Shown one piece after another: positions 17,801-30,900 of a DNA stretch of 64,000 nucleotides. The first letter of the stretch is position 1, and the number at the start of each line of letters is the position of its first letter. A model generated the notes under the pieces. That model made no database searches, had not been told where the DNA came from, and saw nothing but the letters and a program-made list of their open reading frames with translations. The DNA is from Macrostomum lignano (taxonomy: Eukaryota): assembly GCA_002269645.1 (NCBI GenBank), contig NIVC01002366.1:62001-126000 (forward strand), in the 5' to 3' direction. The translations under genes were made by a program, and so were the position numbers.

Positions 17801-18815
17801 ATAGGAGTACATAGGATAAGAGCTGGGGATTTACATGTACATTGAGGCAGGTTGGATGCACATAGAAGTTGGATGGCATATTGATAAACATGTACTGTAA
17901 AAGCACTCAAGCATCGCTAAGCCTCCCTGCCGGCACCGCTCGCAGTTCCTGGAAGCTGGCAGTTGGCCTCGGCGCCGCCGCAATCCTCGCCATCATTGGA
18001 GGCGTCCTTCTGGCCCTGGGCCTGCTGATCGCCCTGCTCGTGTACTGCTGCTGCTGCTCGAAGAAGCGGGGCGGAAGCGGCGGAGCTGGTGAGGATGTCT
18101 GAGGGATAAAGTCTGGACTGGGAATTTTCTCACCAACGTGTGCCACAGTCTCTGATAAGCGCTATGCAGTGTCTGATAAGCACCCTGCAGTGTCTGATAG
18201 GCACCCTGCAGTCTCTGATAAGCACCCTGCAGTCTCTGATAAGCGCTATGCAGTGTCTGATAAGCACCCTGCAGTGTGTCTGATAGGCACCCTGCAGTGT
18301 CTGATAAGCACCCTGCAGTGTCTGATAAGCACCCTGCAGTCTCTGATAAGCACCCTACAGTCTCTGATAAGCACCCTGCAATGTCTGATAAGCACCCTGC
18401 AGTCTCTGATAAGCACCCTGCAACTGTGTCTGATAAGCACCCTGAAGTCTCTGATTAAGCACCCTGCAGTGTCTATCAGCGTCTTCGATTTGAAGTTCCC
18501 AAAGTCTGCGACAAGCGCCATTTCAGTTTCAACTCGCACTCGAATTGTCCGCAGGTGCCAGCGCAGCAGCGGCGGGCAGCAGCAAAGAGCCGGTCGGCGT
18601 CACGAATCCCGTGAAGCCGCCCTACCCAACCATGGAATATGGGACAGGTGAGTTCACCAATAAGCCAATTGGCCCCGCCCACTGCCTCACATGCACATTT
18701 GCTCCGAATTCCGAATCCCGCAGTGCAACCGCCGCCGGATCGCCAGCCGGGCTCCGCCCCCTATCCGCCGCCGCAGCCACCGCCATATCCGCCCCCGTAC
18801 TCGGCTCAGAGCTAG
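14804..18815 (+). CDS. Shisa-like (six-Cys, single-pass type I membrane adaptor) protein, 7 exons, 266 aa
   Basis: Exons 14804-14870, 16157-16295, 16444-16562, 17173-17320, 17946-18088, 18555-18647 and 18724-18815 are all GT-AG with consistent phases (801 nt). The product has a signal peptide MRLTWLVAGVLLAAVLLMATSA, an RS/Y-rich region, a C-C-CC-CC domain (EVCTNH...TFHCPF...TKCCGFDGEGFCCDP), a TM helix followed by CCCC, and a tail with PPPY motifs (PPPYPPPYSAQS*). Confidence 0.85.
18145..18475 (+). repeat. Intronic minisatellite, 21-bp unit TCTGATAAGCACCCTGCAGTG
   Basis: About 15 units in intron 5 of the Shisa-like gene. Confidence 0.9.
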
Positions 18816-19575
18816 CCGGCGGAGAGGAGCGGGTCGGAGAGCGGCCAGAGAAAGTGTGAGCGTCTGGTGAGTCACTGCTCGCACTTCTTGCTGCTTCTGT
18901 TCGAAGGGAGGGAAGAATGTAGGCGAGGAGAGAAGAAGGGAGGAGAGAAGGGAGGGAGAAGGGAGGCAAGGAGGGAAGAAGGGAGGAGACAAAAGAGGAG
19001 AGAAGGGAGTGAAGAGGAAATAAGGGAGAAAACAAGGCAGGATGGATGTGATTTAGCCACTGAACCATTTACAACCACAATTCATCAATTGCAGACAGCG
19101 GAACTTGTGTGGACCTGTCGCTAAGGCCTAATCTAAGCAGACTCAAAATATAAGAAAATCCATATTTTTCTACTGCAAGTAGCCACTGTAGAAAAACGAT
19201 ATCGTTAAAATAAATAATGATAGACAACGGTATCATATTGTTTTTTTTCATAGCACAATGCTACGAGTATATGCGTTCGTGAATTTCATAAACTACTTGA
19301 TCAAGTAATGAAAAAGCAATCTGGGCCATTTTGTGTATTTGAACCGGTCATTCATGTACTACTCGCAGTAGTCACTGCTCTACGAATCAAGAGCGGATTG
19401 CTGCACGTGAAGACAAAAAACTATCAAATGTCAAATGTCAAAAATGTCAAATTAAAAAATAAAACTACAAGTTCAATAAGTTCTTAATTATAATTGCATA
19501 ATTAATCTACTAATTAGCCCCACCGCTAATCCGCAATCAGCCCCACCGCTAATCCCCAGAGTCGCGAGTCCCCCA

Positions 19576-22500
19576 TCATAGCTTGCTGCCCTTGGAGTCC
19601 CACTTGTAGAATCCCAGCCCGGTCTTGCGGCCCAGCCGGCCCTCCTCAACCAGCTTGTTGAGCATGTCGCTGGGCTTGAACAGCTCAACATTGGGGAACT
19701 TGGCGTGCCAGCCGTCCATGATGAACTTGGTGGTGTCCAGGCCCACGTAGTCGGCCAGCTCGATGGGGCCCATGGGGTGGCCGGCGCCCAGCCGCATGGC
19801 CGTGTCGATGTCCTCGGCAGTGGCGTCGCCGCGTTCCAGCATGCGGACGGCCTCGGTGAGGTAGGGCACCAGCAGGCGGTTCACGATGAAGCCGGGGGTG
19901 TCCTTGCAGGGCACGGCCGACTTGCCCAGGCTGCGGCTGAACTCCAGCAGCTGGTTGAAGGCGGCCTCCGTGATGTCCGGGGTGCGAACCACCTCCACCA
20001 GGCGCATGACCGGGACAGGGTTGAAGAAGTGCAGCCCGCCGAATGTCGGCCTGGAGTGGAGAGTGGGGGCGATTCTCACTTGGGGGGCGATTATCACTGG
20101 GTTGGGGCGATTATCACTGGGGTTGATGGCGATTCCCACTGGGGTTGGGGGCGATTCTCACTGGGGTTGATGGCGATTCTCACTGGGGTTGGGGGCGATT
20201 ATCACTGGGGTTGGGGGCGATTATCACTGGGGTTGATGGCGATTCCCACTGGGGTTGGGGGCGATTCTCACTGGGTTGGGGGCGATTCTCACTGGGTTGG
20301 GGGCGATTCTCACTGGGACTGGGGCGATTCTCACTGGGTTGGGGGCGATTCTCACTGGGTTGGGGGCGATTCTCACTGGGTTGGGGGCGATTCTCACTGG
20401 GACTGGGGGCGATTCTCACTGGGTTGGGAGCGATTCTCACTGGGGTTGATGGTGATTCTCACTGGGTTGGGGGCGATTCTCACTGGGTTGGGGGCGATTC
20501 TCACTGGGGTTGATGGCGATTCTCACTAGGGTTGGGGGCGATTCTCACTGAGGCTGGGGGCGATTCTCACTGGGGTTGATGGCGATTCTCACTAGGGTTG
20601 GGGGCGATTCTCACTGGGGCTGGGGGCGATTCTCACTGGGGTTGATGGCGATTCTCACTAGGGTTGGGGGCGATTCTCACTGGGGCTGGGGGCGATTCTC
20701 ACTGGGGTTGATGGCGATTCTCACCAGGGTTGGGGGCGGTTCTCACTGGGTTGGGGGCGATTCTCACTGGGGTTGGGGGCGATTATCACTGGGGTTGATG
20801 GCGATTCCCACTGGGGTTGGGGGCGATTCTCACTGGGTTGGGGGCGATTCTCACTGGGTTGGGGGCGATTCTCACTGGGACTGGGGGCGATTCTCACTGG
20901 GTTGGGGGCGATTCTCACTGGGTTGGGGGCGATTCTCACTGGGTTGGGGGCGATTCTCACTGGGACTGGGGGCGATTCTCACTGGGTTGGGAGCGATTCT
21001 CACTGGGGTTGATGGTGATTCTCACTGGGTTGGGGGCGATTCTCACTGGGTTGGGGGCGATTCTCACTGGGGTTGATGGCGATTCTCACTAGGGTTGGGG
21101 GCGATTCTCACTGAGGCTGGGGCGATTCTCACTGGGGTTGATGGCGATTCTCACTAGGGTTGGGGGCGATTCTCACTGGGGCTGGGGCGATTCTCACTGG
21201 GGTTGATGGCGATTCTCACTAGGGTTGGGGGCGATTCTCACTGGGGCTGGGGGCGATTCTCACTGGGGTTGATGGCGATTCTCACCAGGGTTGGGGGCGG
21301 TTCTCACTGGGTTGGGGGCGATTCTCACTGGGACTGGGGGCGATTCTCACTGGGTTGGGGGCGATTCTCACTGGGTTGGGGGCGATTCTCACTGGGACAG
21401 GGGGCGATTCTCATTGGGATTGGGGGCGATTCTCATTGGGTTTGGGTCAAAAGACTTATGGCTCACTTGCGGTTCGGCACAGCCTCGGCCAGCTCGGCGA
21501 TGCCCAAGGAGCTGGTGTTGGAGGCAAACAGGCAGCCAGCCGGAGCTGTTGAGTCCAGCTGGCGGTAGAGGCTGCGCTTCAGCTCCAGGTTCTCTACCAC
21601 CGCCTCTACCACCAGGTCGGCTGACTTGGCGGCGTCGGCTGCAGACTGGCTGGTGGCCAGGTTGGCCATAGTCTTGGACACCAGCTGTTTGGCCTCCTCT
21701 GGCCGGTCCTTCAGCTGCTTCTTGGCCACCCGCTCCAGGCTGGTCTGGATGCTCTGCACTGCCTTGCCCAGCAACTGCTCGTTCAGGTCCACCAGGGTCA
21801 CCTGGTAGCCAGACTGGGCTGACACCTGTTGGGGTCAGAGTTGGGGACAGACTATGCTATCTGAGAGGGTGCATCTTGTATAGCTCGTATCACTATCAAG
21901 TGGGCAAACAAAAATGCTGGAAAATTTATATTCATTAAGTATATTTTAAGCAATATAAAGGCAACTTTAAATATCTTAGTTCTAGCTCAACTAGGGCTAT
22001 GCAATTCTATTTATGGAGAGCTTGTATACAAGGTAGCTATCCGCCTAATGTTTTAATTGCATGCATGGCAGCTATCCTATCTATCTAGTGTTTTAATTGC
22101 ATGCACGGCGGCTAACAGTTGATTTCCCTCTAATCTGCACATTGCTACTAATTGAGCCTAAGTAAAACCTTATTGTTACTATATTGTTTTTATAATATTT
22201 TATCATACAACCTATGTATGTATACTATGTATACTAAATTTAATGTAAATTCATTGCTTTTTTGTTAATTTGAATATTAATTTAAACAGTATATGACTTT
22301 CTATAAATAAGATAACTGCCATGCATGCAAGCTATCTGTCCTATTTATTATAATATATTTGTATTAACTATGAATTGGTCTAGGCTATGCTCATATATTA
22401 TTATTATTTTGATGAAAAATATTATCACACACTACTATTACTACTATACTACTATACATGTAGAATATCAATTATAAGTCTAATACATTTTAGCTACATT

Positions 22501-22940
22501 CTTGCCCTTTTGACTGTTGCCCCTTTGATTGGTACCCTACTGACTATTACCCTTTTGATTTATCACCCTTTAAGTTTAAATTAGTTCCTAGTCAAACCAT
22601 AACAAGCAAACCCTAGTTTATCATTGTCGTTGACTTACATTATAATATTAATTGCATAATATAGTATCGACTATAGGGTCTAGCCTAGCCATCTAGGTGT
22701 AACGTGTAATCCAATTTGTTTCCCTAAACTAAAAACCTATCACAATATACAAATCTCTAAGATCTTAAATATACTATTCTTTCCTTTTGAAAACAGATAT
22801 AATAGAAGACAAAAACATACCTGCGCAATGCCAGAACCCATCAAGCCGGCCCCGATAACTGTAACTTTGCTGATTGACCTGCTACTCATTGTGTACTGCA
22901 GACTAAACTGACGCAGAATTTGCTTTGAACACGCAAGCAT
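19576..22940 (-). CDS. HADH: Mitochondrial short-chain 3-hydroxyacyl-CoA dehydrogenase, 3 exons, 317 aa
   Basis: Exons 22940-22821, 21825-21467 and 20050-19576 join in frame. Motifs: Rossmann [80 protein letters not shown]. The N-terminus resembles a mitochondrial presequence. Confidence 0.95.
20065..21440. repeat. Intronic minisatellite, 21-22-bp unit GGGTTGGGGGCGATTCTCACT, filling HADH intron 2
   Basis: About 60 visible units. Confidence 0.95.
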
Positions 22941-24388
22941 GACCCAACGAGAGTTAAAAGTCTATAATTAAATTGGCACAACTGTAAAATATGCAGCAAA
23001 AGCCGGTGGTTTTGTTTCGCTATCAAATATGAAGACTTGACACGGTACGAGTACTGACGTAGTGAAGGTCTGTGCGCGCGCGCTAATTCCAGGAAATAAT
23101 TGTATTTCGAAATGGTACGAAAAATGAGCCCCCGGATTCCGGAAAATCTACTACTGAAATATAGTTAATAACCGAAATTAATCACTGTAAATTTAATCAG
23201 CATTCTATCAAAGCCCGTTTATACTTTTGATAGACTCATTCGAGATATTAGTTGAGTCTGAGTACCAAAGATACTCAGAGTTGAGTACCAAAGAAGCAAA
23301 GGCCTTGTAGCATCAGGGAACAAAGGGTTTTCCCTTATCAGACGCCGTCACGCCGGAATGTTCTGTTCAAACCTTAAATGCCCAGAACTGATAATTACAG
23401 TATCAATTTATTATTTGTAAATGTCATGACTCGCATCATTTTTTTTCAAGCCTTTCGGCCTTTAAATCTGCTGTTTTCATATCTATATACAAGCACGTCG
23501 TAGTCGTACTCAGTGCATATTAAACAATTTGATATGTTGACAGCTTATCTTCGCCCAAGCTCCATAGCTGCATGCTTTATGTTTGATCTCGGGGGAAAAG
23601 ATAATTTATTGCAAGATAATTCTCATGCACGTGGTGCGTACCTACGCGGAGGTAATTTTTTATCTAAGCCATTTAATCAGGACTTAATCTGCTTTTCTTC
23701 GTGTTCTCAAACTTTACCGTACGTACATGTGCAAGTTACATAGCGGAATCAAGGACCTTGAGCGGAATGGGCGACCCTCGTCTCCCCGCTGTCTACGGAC
23801 CACCCTGTATAGCTAAGTCAATAAATGTTACATGTAGCTACAGAAGCTCAACGATATGAAAGACAGCTTGTTCCACAAGAACAAGACGCCGAAGTGCATT
23901 CTATGATGAGGGCTGGAAATCATTATTACTTTCTTTCAAACTATAATTGCTACAAAAAGCCCATTCTCACCCTAACGTTCCTCTGATCTCTTTCCCTTTG
24001 ACTGTGCAAATTGCTCATTCTCTGCTTCTAAGCCTGTGTAGCTCATAATAAATGTGTTTCGACCCAGCAGTTTTTGTACTCAGAGCCAATTGCACACCGC
24101 AGTTGCTTGCTGCTGCAGCCCAACTAAGTGTGCACACTAGAGCGGCCTGACGCCACGCGGTTGCCCTTGGCAACAAAGCAGCCAACCCCACGGCCAACCC
24201 GTCTATTGAGCGCACATTTCTAAAAACCTTGGACTACGCACTCTCTCCACTGAGCTCAATATACAGTAACATAATATAAGCTCAGCACAGCTAGCGCTTT
24301 GCATTGAAAATCTGTTTAATAAAGCCTTAGCTAAATTCAGCCGACGATAATTCTCAAACTAACTGCAGCTGCTTCTTTTGCGATCGCC

Positions 24389-27245
24389 ATGACGCTGCAA
24401 TTTCGCTGGGAGGAACGCTTTCTCTACAGGCAGGAGCCTTGGATACTGAAGCGTAAGTAAATACAGATAGACGGTGCTAGACGAATCCAGGTGTCACCAG
24501 TGTGGTTTATGGATTACCATGCAGTATTAGAGCCAGGTGTCACCAGTGGCTCATGGATTACCTGTCACCAGTGGCTCATGGATTACCAAAGTGTCAGACA
24601 GAGCCAGGTGTCACCAGTGGCTCATGGATTACCAAAGTGTCAGACAGAGCCAGGTGTCACCAGTGGCTTATGGATTACCAAAGTGTCAGACAGAGCCAGG
24701 TGTCACCAGTGGCTCATGGATTACCTGTCACCAGTGGCTCATGGATTACCAAAGTGTCAGACAGAGCCAGGTGTCACCAGTGGCTCATGGATTACCAAAG
24801 TGTCAGACAGAGCCAGGTGTCACCAGTGGCTCATGGATTACCAAAGTGTCAGACAGAGCCACGTGTCACCAGTGGCTCATGGATTACCAAAGTGTCAGAC
24901 AGAGCCAGGTGTCACCAGTGGCTCATGGATTACCAAAGTGTCAGACAGAGCCAGGTGTCACCAGTGGCTCATGGATTACCAAAGTGTCAGACAGAGCCAG
25001 GTGTCACCAGTGGCTCATGGATTACCAAAGTGTTAGACAGAGCCAGGTGTCACCAGTGGCTCATGGATTACCAAAGTGTTAGACAGAGCCAGGTGTCACC
25101 CGTGGCTCATGGATTACCAAAGTGTTAGACAGAGCCAGGTGTCACCAGTGGCTCATGGATTACCAAAGTGTCAGACAGAGCCAGGTGTCACCAGTGGCTC
25201 ATGGATTACCAAAGTGTCAGACAGAGCCAAGTGTCACCAGTGGCTCATGGATTACCAAAGTGTCAGACAGAGCCAGGTGTCACCAGTGGCTCATGGATTA
25301 CCAAAGTGTCAGACAGAGCCAGGTGTCACCAGTGGCTCATGGATTACCAAAGTGTCAGACAGAGCCAGGTGTCACCAGTGGCTCATGGATTACCAAAGTG
25401 TCAGGCAGAGCCAGGTGTCACCCGTGGCTCATGGATTACCAAAGTGTCAGACAGAGCCAAGTGTCACCAGTGGCTCATGGATTACCAAAGTGTCAGACAG
25501 AGCCAGGTGTCACCAGTGGCTCATGGATTACCAAAGTGTCAGACAGAGCCAGGTGTCACCAGTGGCTCATGGATTACCAAAGTGTCAGACAGAGCCAGGT
25601 GTCACCAGTGGCTCATGGATTACCAAAGTGTCAGGCAGAGCCAGGTGTCACCCGTGGCTCATGGATTACCAAAGTGTCAGACAGAGCCAAGTGTCACCAG
25701 TGGCTCATGGATTACCAAAGTGTCAGACAGAGCCAGGTGTCACCAGTGGCTCATGGATTACCAAAGTGTCAGGCAGAGCCAGGTGTCACCCGTGGCTCAT
25801 GGATTACCAAAGTGTCAGACAGAGCCAAGTGTCACCAGTGGCTCATGGATTACCAAAGTGTCAGACAGAGCCAGGTGTCACCAGTGGCTCATGGATTACC
25901 AAAGTGTCAGACAGAGCCAGGTGTCACCAGTGGCTCATGAATTACGGAAGTGTCGGTGAACAAGGGCAGGTGTCCATGATTGACCATAGGATTACCAAAG
26001 CAGTCAGCCCAGCAACAAGCTTTGACTCCATCACCACCATTCGACCGTTCTGCAGCCCAGCGCGACCACCTGATGAACATGACGGAGGACCTGCAGTCGG
26101 CGTTGAACTGCCTGACCAGCGACGCGAAGCGCGGCAGGGCCGCCCTGGCGCAAAGAATTCTGCACCCGTTCTGCTACCTGACCTGCGGCTCCGAGCTGGT
26201 GGCGCAGGGCGCCGAGGCCGCGGCTGACCGCCTGCTGGCAGGCTCAACCGACTGCCCGGACCGAGCGGGCCAGCGCCAGATCTGCACCGTCGGCTTCTAT
26301 AAGGCGCGAGACTGCCGAGACAACCAGCTGTGCATTGTGCAGCAGTGCCGCATGTGCCAGCTGGGCGGAGACTGCCAGCAGACCTGGTAGGGGCCGTGCC
26401 TATCGCATATCTATTTGTGTCTATCCATGTCTATCGCATATCTATCCGTGATTATCCATGTCTATCCCATTTCTATCCCTATCTAGCCATGTCTATCCCA
26501 TATATATCCCTATCTAGCCATGTCTATCCAATATCTATCCCTATCTAGCCATGTCTATCCCATATCAATCCCTATCTAGCCATGTCTATCCCATATCTAT
26601 CTGTGTCTAGCCACGTCTATCGCATATCTACCCGGGTCTAGCTCCGTCTATCCCATATCTATCTGTGTCTAACAATGTCTATCCCACATCTATCCGTATC
26701 TAACCATGTCTATCCCATATCCATCCGTCTATCCATGTCTATCGTATGTCTCTGTATCTAACCATGATATTCCCATATCTGTCCGTATCTAGCCATGTCT
26801 ATCCTACATGTATATCTATCCGTATCTAACCATGTCTATCCCATATATATCCGTGTCAAGCCACGTCCATCGCATATCTACCCGGGTCTAGCTCCGTCTA
26901 TCCCATATCTATCTGGGTCTGGCCACATTTTTAACTTTATCCGTCTCTATTCTACGTTTCCGGGACGATTCCAAGTCAACCCGTCTTCTTTGTATATACT
27001 AGGAGCGTAGTTCTACGTCTATCTTATCCTATCCAGCTCTAAGCACGCCAATTCCACTCCCATCCTCCACTCTACCGACGCTCAACCCAACCGCAAACCT
27101 CCCTCATTCCCGCCGCAGCCTCAGCCTGATCTGGAAGCCCATGACCAACGGCGAATGGCGCCTCTTCGTGCTCGCCACGGCGACTGCTGACGGCGACGTC
27201 GCATCCGCCGACTATCTGGGCTTCCGCCGCCTGCTGGACCTGTGA
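24389..27245 (+). CDS. Hypothetical 173-aa protein, 3 exons; possible NTF2/SnoaL-like (DUF4440-type) fold
   Basis: Exons 24389-24452 (ATG..C|gtaagt), 26056-26386 (tgcag|..TG|gtagg) and 27119-27245 (ccgcag|..TGA) are in frame: MTLQFRWEERFLYRQEPWILKPQRDHLM...CQQTCLSLIWKPMTNGEWRLFVLATAT...RRLLDL*. AATAAA lies at about 27287 and 27300. The fold guess is an inference from size and the LIWK..GEWRL strand pattern. Confidence 0.75.
24487..25945 (+). repeat. Intronic minisatellite, 46-bp unit CCAGGTGTCACCAGTGGCTCATGGATTACCAAAGTGTCAGACAGAG
   Basis: About 31 units in intron 1 of the orphan gene. Confidence 0.95.
26400..26915 (+). repeat. Degenerate pyrimidine-rich repeat (CTATCCCATATCTATCC..TCTAGCCATGT) in intron 2
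   Basis: Imperfect units of about 30 bp. Confidence 0.75.
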
Positions 27246-27950
27246 GAGGCAGCCGAGGCCGCGCAGATAACAGCGACAACAATAATTAATAAACCCAATA
27301 ATAAAGCTTAGTTTATCTACCCGTCCAGGCACCTGTAATTAAAAAAGAAAAACAAATATAACAGAAACCACCGAAACAAGTTTTAAAAATCAATTTAATG
27401 CCTTTGTTTAAAAAGTTTTTTCACGTACAACTTTTATTTATTGCTAAACGCACTGCATATTACTAAAACTAAGAGCGGAAAAAGCCGCTAAAAACAACGG
27501 AGAAAAACGAAAAAAGCAGCAACAAAAAACGAGAAAATTTTTCTGACCTGACTACTGATAGTAAAAATGGGGCTAAATTTACCGCACAGAACAGAATTAG
27601 GAAGAGCTGAGACAAATGCCAGCTTGCAAAGAAAAGCTGCAAGAACTGTAGAAAGTACAGCAAAACAAGATTGTTCGAAACATTCGAATAGGAACGATTT
27701 AAAAAACAAAAACCAGTAAACTCTCAAAATCTCTTAATTTCTAAGAATATTACGTAATCTCAAGAAAATATGATTATAACAAAATCTTAGCAAAATCAAA
27801 ACATTGCTAACTGGGCAAACCATGCTAAGCTGATTATTGGGGCAACAATGAGATACTGAGTAATTTAACAGAACTAACAAAACAAAGGAGCTGCCGGTAG
27901 TACACAGGCATGAGGAAAATCCTCACCGACAACAACTGTTGCAATTTGGG

Positions 27951-30900
27951 CACCTGTTGGGATCAGAGAGTTAATACACCTGTTGGGATCAGGGAGTTAA
28001 TACACACCTGTTGGGATCAGGGAGTTAATACACCTGTTGGGATCAGGGAGTTAATACACCTGTTGGGATCAGGGAGTTAATACACCTGTTGGGATCAGGG
28101 AGTTAATACATCTGTTGGGATCAGGGAGTTAATACACCTGTTGGGATCAGGGAGTTAATACACCTGTTGGGATCAGGGAGTTAATACACCTGTTGGGATC
28201 AGGGAGTTAATACACCTGTTGGGATCAGGGAGTTGATACACCTGTTGGGATCAGGGAGTTAATACACCTGTTGGGATCAGGGAGTTAATACACCTGTTGG
28301 GATCAGGGAGTTAATACACCTGTTGGGATCAGGGAGTTAATACACCTGTTGGGATCAGGGAGTTAATACACCTGTTGGGATCAGGGAGTTAATACACCTG
28401 TTGGGATCAGGGAGTTAATACACCTGTTGGGATCAGGGAGTTAATACACCTGTTGGGATCAGGGAGTTAATACACCTGTTGGGATCAGGGAGTTAATACA
28501 CCTGTTGGGATCAGGGAGTTAATACACCTGTTGGGATCAGGGAGTTAATACACCTGTTGGGATCAGGGAGTTAATACACCTGTTGGGATCAGGGAGTTAA
28601 TACACCTGTTGGGATCAGGGAGTTAATACACCTGTTGGGATCAGGGAGTTAATACACCTGTTGGGATCAGGGAGTTAATACACACCTGTTGGGATCAGGG
28701 AGTTAATACACCTGTTGGGATCAGGGAGTTAATACACCTGTTGGGATCAGGGAGTTAATACACCTGTTGGGATCAGGGAGTTAATACACCTGTTGGGATC
28801 AGGGAGTTAATACACCTGTTGGGATCAGGGAGTTAATACACCTGTTGGGATCAGGGAGTTAATACACCTGTTGGGATCAGGGAGTTAATACACCTGTTGG
28901 GATCAGGGAGTTAATACACCTGTTGGGATCAGGGAGTTAATACACCTGTTGGGATCAGGGAGTTAATACACCTGTTGGGATCAGGGAGTTAATACACCTG
29001 TTGGGATCAGGGAGTTAATACACCTGTTGGGATCAGGGAGTTAATACACCTGTTGGGATCAGGGAGTTAATACACCTGTTGGGATCAGGGAGTTAATACA
29101 CCTGTTGGGATCAGGGAGTTAATACACCTGTTGGGATCAGGGAGTTAATACACCTGTTGGGATCAGGGAGTTAATACACCTGTTGGGATCAGGGAGTTAA
29201 TACACCTGTTGGGATCAGGGAGTTAATACACCTGTTGGGATCAGGGAGTTAATACACCTGTTGGGATCAGGGAGTTAATACACCTGTTGGGATCAGGGAG
29301 TTAATACACCTGTTGGGATCAGGGAGTTAATACACCTGTTGGGATCAGGGAGTTAATACACCTGTTGGGATCAGGGAGTTAATACACCTGTTGGGATCAG
29401 GGAGTTAATACACCTGTTGGGATCAGGGAGTTAATACACCTGTTGGGATCAGGGAGTTAATACACCTGTTGGGATCAGGGAGTTAATACACCTGTTGGGA
29501 TCAGGGAGTTAATACACCTGTTGGGATCAGGGAGTTAATACACCTGTTGGGATCAGGGAGTTAATACACCTGTTGGGATCAGGGAGTTAATACACCTGTT
29601 GGGATCAGGGAGTTAATACACCTGTTGGGATCAGGGAGTTAATACACCTGTTGGGATCAGGGAGTTAATACACCTGTTGGGATCAGGGAGTTAATACACC
29701 TGTTGGGATCAGGGAGTTAATACACCTGTTGGGATCAGGGAGTTAATACACCTGTTGGGATCAGGGAGTTAATACACCTGTTGGGATCAGGGAGTTAATA
29801 CACCTGTTGGGATCAGGGAGTTAATACACCTGTTGGGATCAGGGAGTTAATACACCTGTTGGGATCAGGGAGTTAATACACCTGTTGGGATCAGGGAGTT
29901 AATACACCTGTTGGGATCAGGGAGTTAATACACCTGTTGGGATCAGGGAGTTAATACACCTGTTGGGATCAGGGAGTTAATACACCTGTTGGGATCAGGG
30001 AGTTAATACACCTGTTGGGATCAGGGAGTTAATACACCTGTTGGGATCAGGGAGTTAATACACCTGTTGGGATCAGGGAGTTAATACACCTGTTGGGATC
30101 AGGGAGTTAATACACCTGTTGGGATCAGGGAGTTAATACACCTGTTGGGATCAGGGAGTTAATACACCTGTTGGGATCAGGGAGTTAATACACCTGTTGG
30201 GATCAGGGAGTTAATACACCTGTTGGGATCAGGGAGTTAATACACCTGTTGGGATCAGGGAGTTAATACACCTGTTGGGATCAGGGAGTTAATACACCTG
30301 TTGGGATCAGGGAGTTAATACACCTGTTGGGATCAGGGAGTTAATACACCTGTTGGGATCAGGGAGTTAATACACCTGTTGGGATCAGGGAGTTAATACA
30401 CCTGTTGGGATCAGGGAGTTAATACACCTGTTGGGATCAGGGAGTTAATACACCTGTTGGGATCAGGGAGTTAATACACCTGTTGGGATCAGGGAGTTAA
30501 TACACCTGTTGGGATCAGGGAGTTAATACACCTGTTGGGATCAGGGAGTTAATACACCTGTTGGGATCAGGGAGTTAATACACCTGTTGGGATCAGGGAG
30601 TTAATACACCTGTTGGGATCAGGGAGTTAATACACCTGTTGGGATCAGGGAGTTAATACACCTGTTGGGATCAGGGAGTTAATACACCTGTTGGGATCAG
30701 GGAGTTAATACACCTGTTGGATCAGGGAGTTAATACACCTGTTGGGATCAGGGAGTTAATACACCTGTTGGGATCAGGGAGTTAATACACCTGTTGGGAT
30801 CAGGGAGTTAATACACCTGTTGGGATCAGGGAGTTAATACACCTGTTGGGATCAGGGAGTTAATACACCTGTTGGGATCAGGGAGTTAATACACCTGTTG

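Noticed and set aside
20145-21671. Gly-rich ORFs GDSHWG/GAILTG
   Set aside because: They derive from the HADH intron-2 minisatellite.
23757-23807. 5S rRNA-like snippets (GTCTACGG-ACCACCCTG; CTTG..ATGGGCGACC)
   Set aside because: The matches are short, gapped and in permuted order, with no continuous 120-nt 5S sequence; probably chance.
24491-26227. Repetitive ORFs (SDRARCHQWLMDY...)
   Set aside because: They are read-through of the 46-bp intronic minisatellite, open in all frames.
27870-27953. Extra coding exon of FBXO47 beyond the satellite (VPKLQQLLSV...)
   Set aside because: An in-frame TAA at 38334 ends the protein where the homology ends, so this segment is at most 3' UTR.
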